Source of the DNA: Candidatus Thorarchaeota archaeon
GTDB taxonomy: Archaea > Asgardarchaeota > Thorarchaeia > Thorarchaeales > Thorarchaeaceae
NCBI GenBank assembly: GCA_963726195.1
Contig: CAVSBO010000001.1
Location: 1-11,218 of the forward strand
Length of the DNA: 11,218 nt
Direction of reading: 5' to 3'
The position numbers and the translations under genes were made by a program. The notes under the pieces are model-generated. The model saw nothing but the letters and a program-made list of their open reading frames with translations. It searched no databases and had not been told where the DNA came from. Positions 1 through 7,490 of the stretch are shown here, piece by piece (positions within the stretch are counted from its first letter, which is position 1; every line of letters starts with the position of its first letter).

Positions 1-333
1 TTCGACACATCCCTGGTAGGACCAATCTCGTCGGCGTTTTCCACGTTAGAGACTTGATAGAAGGCACGGGCAGTACGCAGGCATGAGACGCGAAGCCGCA
101 GGCTTAGGTCCGTTGCCGACTATTCAGGGTCGACTTGGAGACAGGAGCTGCGGAAGCAGCCGGGACACTATGAGCAACATACACGAGACACCCTTATTCC
201 GAAATCCTTCTAAGACTGCCTTCAAGGCGGCTTCATACCCTTAATTCTCTAGGAGTGGCGGATTCTGAGCCACGAGAATCTCGAGCTTCATCCACAGCAC
301 ATAACGCCGATTGAGCTGGTATGGTCTTTAGCA

Positions 334-1503
334 GTGGCCTGCGTCTGTGTGTTAGCTCTCGTCGTTCGCAACCCTGCCATCATTCCGCCCAGCCCAGTCT
401 TCTACTATGAATGGGATCACTATTACTACCTGCAGATGGCACAGTCACCCTTCACAATTCACTTGGCACCCCTCTGCTACAGAATAGCAATCCCAACTCT
501 AGTCTGGCTCCTCCCGTTCGGTCCAGAATTTGGCTTTAGAGCAATAGCCATCCTTAGTTTGATCGCTACCGGCGTATTGCTCTATTATTTTCTGCGTCGT
601 ACTGGCATCTCACACGAAATAGGATTGGCTTCCCTCTTGCTGTTGTACTCACTACAATCTCTATCTTCATTCAACATATGGGATTTCTGGCTCACCGATT
701 CCGCAGCTTTTGCGTTTGTAGTAGGAATGTACCTGACAACAATCAAGCGTAGAACACTCTCTTTCGGAGTTCTGCTACTCATCGGTTCGCTCGTGAAGGA
801 GTCAGTGCTACTTTGTATCATCGTCTTCCTTACCTACTTGCCCCGTGAGGGCCGCTCTAAGTGGATAAGGAACGGATTGTTCACAATAGCGCCGACCCTT
901 GTTTTGTATTTCCTATTCAGAATTGTGTATTCACCAGAAGGTGGAGTACCATTTCAGGTATCTTGGATCCTGCAGATTCTGTTACTCCGGGTCACTGAGA
1001 ATCCCCTTGAACAGGCAACAATAATGAGCTTAGGGACTTGGTCGATTCTTGTGATAACACTTGCAGTCATCGGCTTGTTGCAGAAGAATGATCTTCGTAC
1101 TCCATTCCTCCTTTTTCTTCTCGCAGACTACGCTCAACTTCTCTTTGCGACAAATACCGATCGACTCTTGGTTCTCGGGTTTGTCCCGATGATTGCATGG
1201 AGTGCTTACGGCATGGAAAAGATATCCAATAAACTGAGAATACCCCGCTCATTGATTTTCCTCATTTGTATTGTGCCCTTCGTGGTTCCCTTCAATCTCA
1301 GTTTGTTTCCGCTTCCAGGAGAGATTTGGTCAGTCAACATGCCGACTCCTACGATTCAACTGATTACTGTCGTGACGTGGTACGCCGTAATCCTGTTAGC
1401 TCATCTCATAGTGCGGCTGCGCGACAGAAAACTGCGTGAGTCAGAGAGAAACGAACCACGTGAACAAACGCGAATCTTGACAAATGACTCAAGTGCGCCC
1501 TAG
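334..1503 (+). CDS. Polytopic membrane protein, putative GT-C superfamily (polyprenol-phosphate-sugar-dependent, ArnT/PMT-like) glycosyltransferase
   Basis: 389-aa ORF with about 9-10 hydrophobic segments. The first loop carries an acidic/aromatic motif (EWDHYYYLQMA...PLCYR), followed by WLTDS, GSLVKES (LxK-type motif) and TNTDRLL, a pattern typical of GT-C enzymes. The frame is open from 253, so the true start may be CTG at 265 behind AGGAG at 251-255. Confidence 0.7.
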   Translation: MACVCVLALVVRNPAIIPPSPVFYYEWDHYYYLQMAQSPFTIHLAPLCYRIAIPTLVWLLPFGPEFGFRAIAILSLIATGVLLYYFLRRTGISHEIGLASLLLLYSLQSLSSFNIWDFWLTDSAAFAFVVGMYLTTIKRRTLSFGVLLLIGSLVKESVLLCIIVFLTYLPREGRSKWIRNGLFTIAPTLVLYFLFRIVYSPEGGVPFQVSWILQILLLRVTENPLEQATIMSLGTWSILVITLAVIGLLQKNDLRTPFLLFLLADYAQLLFATNTDRLLVLGFVPMIAWSAYGMEKISNKLRIPRSLIFLICIVPFVVPFNLSLFPLPGEIWSVNMPTPTIQLITVVTWYAVILLAHLIVRLRDRKLRESERNEPREQTRILTNDSSAP

Positions 1504-1693
1504 TGCAACTCGTGCTGCACAAGCCTTTTGATAGATTGAACGTACAATAATGAATTCGTTGTCACAGCATATTATGAATCGAAGCTGCATACACCAACTT
1601 TCCTACACAGCCAGCTGCTGCAAGGTCGCAGCGTTACACTCATAAGAATAAGCTAGTAGCAACGCCTGAGTTCTCTAGCCAGAGAGGATAGTA

Positions 1694-4435
1694 TTGGGAC
1701 GAGTCTCTCTTGCGTATGCCGCATCAAGAGCGAAGCCAGTTGCATTTCACTTCCTAGTAATACTTGGAATTCCTCTCTCAGACTTCTTCGGCATGAATCC
1801 CATGGCAGCAGTCTTGGCCTTTCTCTTAACGTTCTTTGTGATTGGCAATTCGCTAAGACTCGGACTTCTTGGAATGCTGACTCCGAAGCTTGATGCTTAC
1901 CCCAGACTCGGGAGGTCTATTCTTGACACACTCATCAGTATAGTGTTCACTTCGATCCTCGTGATAACGTTAGGGTATCTCTGGGCGATCGCATACACAG
2001 GAATCGTACTCGTCATTGCAGTCGTGATATCTGACTTGGTGTCAATTGTCCGGGAATCAACGCCAGATTTGTCAATTTCCTCACAGAATCAGGACCGTAG
2101 AGAAACACGAATTGGTATGTTCCTTCCTCCCGCTATTTGTGTGATTGTCGGTGTGGCCATTATCCTGTGGCGTTTCTCTTGGTTAACATGGCCAGAGGCC
2201 TTCGGCCAAGACATCTTCATTCATCTAACGGCGGCGCAGTCCATCACCGAATACGGAGGCTTCAGCACTCTGTTTCCAGGGTACTCTCTGGGCTTTCATG
2301 CTATCCTCTCCTCTATAGCCATCATGGCGGGATTGGATCCCTATCCGATTCTCGCTTACGGCGTCATTGTCACATATCCGATCTCGTTGATGCTGACCTA
2401 CCTTCTCTGCAAGGCGATTTCAATGAGCAAATTGATGTCTCTAATGGCATCAATTCTCATTCCGTTTGTTGGTGTGAGCGGCGCACTACTTGGACCTCAG
2501 TACTTGCTCCCATCCACCTATGCGTACACAGTCACCATACTAATCATCCTAGCATTGGACCTAGTCCCGCGTACAACAGTGACACAGTCAGTGGCATTTC
2601 TTTCGTATCTCACGGCGATTGTCGTCTATCCCTACATGGTTATGGGGACATTGCCTGCGGTCGTCTACTTCTGGAACCGCCGAGCCATTAGCGGCCGCGT
2701 GAACCGCATAGTTGCCACGATGATTCTGTGGGTTCCCGTTATCGGAGCCCTTTCTATCATAGTCTATTATCTGGCCACTCTGCTCTTAGGACAACTGGAC
2801 TGGACCTTCGCCCTCGGATGGGTCTCTTTCACTGTCGGGCCATCCTTATCACAGGAGATTCTGATCCTTCGGCTTGCGTACTCGCCTCTTCAGCTGCTCC
2901 TGCTTTTTGTTGGTGTTCTTTCACTTGCCGTCTACTATCGTGGTCTTGCGACAGACAAAGAGAACTCAGCATTTGACTATAGAGGCCTGCTGCTGCTGAC
3001 AATCCTGTACTTGGTGTGCTTCTTCCTCCCCGTGGCAGTCGCGTTCCGATTTGAGGAGTACGGTCGTCCTTTCTTCTTCCTCTGTATGGTCACGGGAGCA
3101 TTTGCCGTCGTAAGAGCAGCGAAATACCCTCTGGGTAGGTTCAAACGACCCGGGAATCTCGGCAAGGTTCTCTCAAGATATGCTGCCCTCGCGGCAGTAG
3201 CGGCGATTTTGGTCGCCTCAGCATATCCTACGGCAGTAGCAATTGACACAGAGATGAGATGGGAAACTCACACACCTCATCTTGATGAACTGCAGGCATT
3301 TGAGTGGCTTAAGGAGAATATGCCTGAACGAGGCTATGTCCTAACCGACCCCACAACAGGTTTCATAATGAACGGATTCGTCCTCAGGAACTGTTCGTGT
3401 TCACTGATTACCGAGAGTGGCTTCTATACTCTAGGAAAAGCGAGCTATCTATGGCCGAAGATCTATGCATTTCTTAACGCGAGCTCTTGGGACGATACCT
3501 CTAGCTACGACAGTATCTCTTCCTACATTGGCGGCGTTACGTACATACTGATTTCGCCTAGAACCAGCGAATGGATTTGGCGGCAACGGAACAACAACCC
3601 AATTGAGTTCGCCGACTACAACTTGAGACTTACATTGGACGATATGGCGTGGGCGAAGTTCTTCGCGCCTCCGTATCAGCTTGTCCAGCAGTTTGGAGGG
3701 GTTAGAATCCTTGTTAGGCAGGAGGTATCTTTGTACTACTTCGACTCATTCGATAATCTCACTGGGTGGGACATTAATGCTGGCAACCATCCGACAACTG
3801 ATGGTCAGATAGCGCAATGGACTAACTCAGCACATCCCACCACATGGTACCATCTCTACACAGACGTGCCATCCTTTGCCAGTCAACAAGATCTCTATCT
3901 TGAAGTCAAGTGGAGAGCAAACACGACCGATCTGTGGGGCAGGGTCTTCGGATTCAGCCAGAATGGAATGATGGGTAACTACGCGTTCTACACCGAGGAA
4001 ACCACCCCACTGCTGTATTGGAGCAAACGCACTTGGAAACTGACTGACACACCGGGCTATACCGAGGGCCCGCTCAAGTCCATAAGTCTGGGATTCCAGA
4101 ATGAGGATACGAACTGGACCTTGTACCTTGATGAGATCAGAATCTATGGGGTTTTGCAGGTCAACAGCACTGTGGCAGAAAGAACCGTTGAACACAATCG
4201 TGACTATCTCAGTGGTTTGGAAGCATGGAACGCCGGCGCTGACAGACTCCTGAAAACAGGCCATCAAGCAGAACGGTGGCGGGACTCAGCGCACTCAGCT
4301 GCCGTATATCAGTCTCAGCAGCCACTTGAGATGAAGTGCATATCTGTCAGTGATAGCCTTGGGCAGTATCATCCCCCCTATCATAGTGAGTTCCGATTGA
4401 GTAACAGCTTTCGACCTGGCGTAGGACACATATGA
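1694..4435 (+). CDS. Large polytopic membrane protein, AglB/STT3-like GT-C architecture without WWDYG, with a C-terminal CBM-like beta-sandwich domain (paralogue 1)
   Basis: 913-aa ORF with a TTG start and GAGG at 1684-1687. About 13 or more TM segments, WPEAFGQDIFIH loop (2189-2224), then a soluble domain beginning DELQAFEWLKENMPERGYVLTDPTTG with YILISPRT. An extra domain follows (FDSFDNLTGW...LYLDEIRIY, about 3734-4150). The last 141 nt overlap the flippase gene in antisense. Confidence 0.75.
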   Translation: MGRVSLAYAASRAKPVAFHFLVILGIPLSDFFGMNPMAAVLAFLLTFFVIGNSLRLGLLGMLTPKLDAYPRLGRSILDTLISIVFTSILVITLGYLWAIAYTGIVLVIAVVISDLVSIVRESTPDLSISSQNQDRRETRIGMFLPPAICVIVGVAIILWRFSWLTWPEAFGQDIFIHLTAAQSITEYGGFSTLFPGYSLGFHAILSSIAIMAGLDPYPILAYGVIVTYPISLMLTYLLCKAISMSKLMSLMASILIPFVGVSGALLGPQYLLPSTYAYTVTILIILALDLVPRTTVTQSVAFLSYLTAIVVYPYMVMGTLPAVVYFWNRRAISGRVNRIVATMILWVPVIGALSIIVYYLATLLLGQLDWTFALGWVSFTVGPSLSQEILILRLAYSPLQLLLLFVGVLSLAVYYRGLATDKENSAFDYRGLLLLTILYLVCFFLPVAVAFRFEEYGRPFFFLCMVTGAFAVVRAAKYPLGRFKRPGNLGKVLSRYAALAAVAAILVASAYPTAVAIDTEMRWETHTPHLDELQAFEWLKENMPERGYVLTDPTTGFIMNGFVLRNCSCSLITESGFYTLGKASYLWPKIYAFLNASSWDDTSSYDSISSYIGGVTYILISPRTSEWIWRQRNNNPIEFADYNLRLTLDDMAWAKFFAPPYQLVQQFGGVRILVRQEVSLYYFDSFDNLTGWDINAGNHPTTDGQIAQWTNSAHPTTWYHLYTDVPSFASQQDLYLEVKWRANTTDLWGRVFGFSQNGMMGNYAFYTEETTPLLYWSKRTWKLTDTPGYTEGPLKSISLGFQNEDTNWTLYLDEIRIYGVLQVNSTVAERTVEHNRDYLSGLEAWNAGADRLLKTGHQAERWRDSAHSAAVYQSQQPLEMKCISVSDSLGQYHPPYHSEFRLSNSFRPGVGHI
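4202..4294 (+). repeat. Degenerate, truncated second copy of the start of the C-terminal domain (first copy at 3743-3835)
   Basis: Gapless 31-aa alignment of DSFDNLTGWDINAGNHPTTDGQIAQWTNSAH with DYLSGLEAWNAGADRLLKTGHQAERWRDSAH gives 10 identities, including both Trp and the terminal SAH. The offset is 459 nt (153 aa). Confidence 0.6.
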
Positions 4436-5809
4436 CAACAACATGACAACAGGTAGTGCGAAAATCCAGTTGAGGTTGACCCACCAAACCGCGACAGAGA
4501 TTGCTGTCGGAGGAATCAGCAACAAAGCCATTGACTTCCACTCCACTACAGACTGAAGCCTTCTTGCCACCAAGATCGCAGCACAGAATCCGAGGAATGC
4601 ACCAAGAAGAAATGATGCCGATGCACCGATGTCGGAATACAGCGGTGCAAGAATCAAGTACATCACGACTCTAGGAACATTTGTGCATAGACCCACGAAG
4701 AGCACCAGTCTGTACCTGTTTATAGCATAGCAGAACGAAACGATACCGCTGTACACCGTGATAAGGGGTATACTTGCTAGGAACAATTGGAAGACAGTCG
4801 CACCCGCAGCGTATTCCGGGCTCATGATGGCAAGCGGCAATGCGGGATAGACAATCAAGAATGAGATGAGTGGCAACGACAAGAGAAGCGCAAATCTGAT
4901 GCCTTGGTTCATCAACCTAGGACCTTCCTCTTGGTGGCCACTGATGTACGGATAGAGTATGCTTGTAATGGCCGTCGGCAGTAAGAGCACAACACCGAAA
5001 ATCTGCAATGAAACGTAGTAGAATCCTGCCTGTTGAGCCCCGGAAATGCCGTATAAGATAAGAACGCCCAAGAATGTTCCGACGGTCTGGATGGCCATAG
5101 GGACGTAAGTTGGCATCCCAGCGACTAAGACATCCCGACTGTACCCTTTCCTCTCTGAGCCGGGCAGGCTACCAGCTACCATCCTTCGCACTAGTCGCCC
5201 TGAGAATATGCAGTCGACAAGAAGAGAAACGGCATATGAAACTAGCAACCCAAGCAAGACGCCTTCGGCCCCGAATCCACTCAGGACGAAAAAGGCACCA
5301 GCACTGATTTTCCCAATACCAGCTGCTAGGCTGGCAACGGCTAGGTAATCAGTTCTCATGGTGCTGATCAGGACTGACTGAATCGGAGGGTCCATGTTGG
5401 CAATCAACACAGTGAAAGCCGCGATGATAACTATCGAATAGGGAACAGAAAAGACACCGGTCAGTACGAATCCAGTCGTGAGTAGGATGAAAAAGGCGAC
5501 CAATGTGGAAACTGCCAGAACCCTCACTCCTGAATAGAAATAGCGTCTGAAAAGCGGGAATCGATTCTGACCATAGGTACTCCCTAAGAAGCCGCGCATT
5601 CCAACGGCCACACCTAGATCTGCAAGACTTAGCACTATGGCAACTACGCTCAACCCAATTGAAGCAGTGCCGATTATCATGGGACTAGCTATTCTGGCAA
5701 TGACGATCCAATATACATAGCCAAGGGCCATCCCAGCAAATGTGCCTGCATAGAGATATGCTGCACCTCTAGCCGGGTTCTCCTTTGTCATTGTGGTCCC
5801 TTCGGTCAT
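4295..5809 (-). CDS. Oligosaccharide flippase / polysaccharide exporter (Wzx/RfbX-like, MOP superfamily)
   Basis: 504 aa with about 14 hydrophobic segments. N-terminal RGAAYLYAG...GYVYWIVIARI...ADLGV and second-half GAQQAGFYYVS...LLPTAITSILYPYIS are characteristic of PST/Wzx flippases. Confidence 0.88.
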   Translation of the reverse strand: MTEGTTMTKENPARGAAYLYAGTFAGMALGYVYWIVIARIASPMIIGTASIGLSVVAIVLSLADLGVAVGMRGFLGSTYGQNRFPLFRRYFYSGVRVLAVSTLVAFFILLTTGFVLTGVFSVPYSIVIIAAFTVLIANMDPPIQSVLISTMRTDYLAVASLAAGIGKISAGAFFVLSGFGAEGVLLGLLVSYAVSLLVDCIFSGRLVRRMVAGSLPGSERKGYSRDVLVAGMPTYVPMAIQTVGTFLGVLILYGISGAQQAGFYYVSLQIFGVVLLLPTAITSILYPYISGHQEEGPRLMNQGIRFALLLSLPLISFLIVYPALPLAIMSPEYAAGATVFQLFLASIPLITVYSGIVSFCYAINRYRLVLFVGLCTNVPRVVMYLILAPLYSDIGASASFLLGAFLGFCAAILVARRLQSVVEWKSMALLLIPPTAISVAVWWVNLNWIFALPVVMLLSYVSYARSKAVTQSELTMIGGMILPKAITDRYALHLKWLLRLIYGS

Positions 5810-5835
5810 TGCACAGATGAAGAGCTCGTATTCCT

Positions 5836-5846
5836 CTTATTAAAAA
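5836..5846 (-). promoter_or_regulatory. TATA-box-like element for the flippase gene
   Basis: The minus strand reads TTTTTAATAAG 27-37 nt upstream of the ATG at 5809, a spacing that fits an archaeal short-leader or leaderless transcript. No RBS is visible. Confidence 0.45.
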
Positions 5847-5998
5847 TGAGTGTATCAAAAGCTATCTGTCCGTGTAGATTGAATGCCGCCAGCTCTGTCG
5901 GTGGCTGTCACTTTTCAGAGCGATCGATATTCCACTCTCTGGAATGCGCCTGCAATGTTAGGAACAACAGAAGGTTAACAGACGCGGGGTGAGATTGG

Positions 5999-6096
5999 TC
6001 TGATTCAGGCGCACCTGCATTGGAGGAAGCGAAAGGTATAATTCATCTCCCTAAGGGTGTGCTCGAATGGATGCAGTCCGAGCTTCTGAATCAGGC
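5999..6096. repeat. Pair of palindromic CTGAWTCAG motifs, candidate operator sites
   Basis: TCTGATTCAGGC (5999-6010) and TCTGAATCAGGC (6085-6096) match at 11/12 positions and bracket the BRE/TATA-like element at 6030-6043. Confidence 0.4.
6030..6043 (+). promoter_or_regulatory. BRE + TATA-like archaeal promoter for the CgeB-like glycosyltransferase
   Basis: CGAAAG immediately followed by GTATAATT in the divergent intergenic region, about 100 nt upstream of the start. Confidence 0.4.
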
Positions 6097-6132
6097 TGCA
6101 AGTCCGATTCATTAGTTACTGGATCGTCGTTT

Positions 6133-6139
6133 GGGTGAT
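6133..6139 (+). promoter_or_regulatory. Ribosome-binding site (GGGTGAT)
   Basis: Archaeal-type GGTGA Shine-Dalgarno ending 6-7 nt before TTG at 6146, which gives a typical GT-B N-terminus, MRILYLG. Confidence 0.55.
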
Positions 6140-6145
6140 GCGCAG

Positions 6146-7192
6146 TTGAGAATTCTGTATCTTGGCAAGAATCAAGACAACTTCTACGCAGCTGAATGGT
6201 ACTACATGCTGCAATGGCTGGCCAAGACACAGGACTTCCATGTCCATGGACCTATGCTTGGTGGACCTAGTTCGTTGCTGAAGTACATGAATGTCGACAG
6301 GCTCGGGAAACTCATGGACCCTCTCTCGAACTCGCTGGCCACCTTTCCGGCATAGTGAGAAGCAATGTCGAAACAGACATTGCGAGAGTCTGCAAGCAAG
6401 TTGAACCCGAAGTCATCTTCATAGACTCGTTCTTTCCGCCCTCCCCTGCATGGCGGAACCTGGCTGATGTCGACATTCCCAAGGCGATTCTCGTGTCCGA
6501 CCCTCACTACATGTTAAGAGAAAAGCTCCAATATGTCGCTAGGAACCAAGTCGACTTGTGCTTGTTTGACTACAAGTTTGTCATGAATCTGAAGCTGATT
6601 TCATAGCTGGAGAAGCAGGAACGAAGATGTAACACTGGGATGGCTACCACATTGTGTTAATACAGAAGTCTTCAAGGATTATGCTTTTCCCAGAACAATC
6701 GATGTCGCCTCAAGCGGTAGCATTGTCCAATCTGTATACCCACTCAGATACAGAATCATGACTGAGCTTCAGAAGGTGACAGACTTCAGGTTTGTCATGC
6801 CGCCGCATGCTCGTTATGATATGGCGCGAGGGAAGGCGGCGTCCGGAGCGCTGATTCGTGACAACTACGCGAAGTTCCTCTCTCATTCCAGGATCTTCAT
6901 ATTTGATTCTTCAGTCTATAACTATGCACTCATGAAATACACCGAGGGATTGGCCTGCAAGACCTTGGTAATGGCTCCTAGACCTCACGATGCAGAAGAC
7001 TTACACTTCGTAGCAGGTGAGAACTTCGTCGAGGTCAACGAAGCCAACTTCCTTGACAAGATTAGATACTACCTGCGAAATGAAGAGGAGCGAAACGAGA
7101 TATCTGAAAACGGGATGAAAACGGTCCTTAAGTATCATACCCTCGAAAAAAGGGGCGAGCAACTTGTCACATACCTCAGATCGCTGTTGTAG
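6146..7192 (+). pseudogene. CgeB-like GT-B glycosyltransferase (Glyco_trans_1_2-type C-terminus), split by two mutually compensating frameshifts (possibly sequencing errors)
   Basis: ORFs 6131-6355, 6355-6606 and 6758-7192 join into one 348-aa protein. It needs one base added near the CT run at 6320-6327 (DPL-LELAGHLSGIV) and one T removed at 6599-6601 (LI-HSWR). Motifs include DIPKAILVSDPHY, WLPHCVNTEVFKDY, YPLRYRI, YALMKYTEGLACKTL and KIRYYLRNEEERNEISENG. Confidence 0.8.
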
Positions 7193-7490
7193 TGAACGGG
7201 CCTGATTCAATCCGGAAACCCAGATCATTGACAGCGCTATATGGGCGAAGCGAATCGTAAGACTACTCTTATCGGCTGCGAGGCGGATTTGGAGAATAGT
7301 GCCCCTCTGAACACCCTAGACTGATGAACACCGGGGTATTGAGCAGACGATCGAGTCCGGTGGAGTATGCTTCAGTTTACGAGGCCATCATTCTCCTGCC
7401 TTGGATTATTCCACGGATCCGCTTGAGGCGAAACAGTCTTAGGAAGCATCACATCCAACCTCCACTACAATCGCGGATTGGTCAGGCCAG

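Noticed and set aside
3-86. Possible 3' end of an upstream gene (RHIPGRTNLVGVFHVRDLIEGTGSTQA*), faintly like a CBS-domain end
   Set aside because: Only 27 codons are visible and other frames are also open at the window edge, so it cannot be supported.
1503-1632. Small hairpins (GTGCA/TGCAC at 1503-1520 and GCTGC/GCAGC at 1617-1632) as terminators or ncRNA
   Set aside because: Only 5-bp stems with no convincing U-tract or tRNA/ncRNA structure.
2137-2976. Alternate-frame ORFs 2137-2691 and 2728-2976
   Set aside because: They are nested in paralogue 1, whose main frame aligns continuously with paralogue 2. Their composition is typical of off-frame shadow ORFs.
3827-4267. 146-aa antisense ORF, plus other short ORFs overlapping called genes (585-821, 1067-1252, 2977-3249, 4347-4541, 5110-5307, 6202-6507, 7001-7228, 7439-7825, 7762-8030, 8763-9395, 9384-9975, 10091-10375, 10947-11150)
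   Set aside because: They overlap better-supported genes and show no recognisable motifs.
4432-4451. Short tandem ATGACAACA repeat
   Set aside because: Two 9-bp copies inside hydrophobic coding sequence of the flippase, with no frame effect.
6353-6357. TAGTG stop/start overlap suggesting translationally coupled separate genes
   Set aside because: The second frame is already open from 6271 and the pieces form a single GT-B protein of normal length, so the overlap is probably coincidental.
6353-6606. TAG readthrough (pyrrolysine or recoding) as an explanation for the split glycosyltransferase
   Set aside because: TAG at 6353 is followed at once by TGA, and reading through TAG at 6604 gives a short non-GT peptide. 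The conserved sequence continues in other frames, so these are frameshifts.
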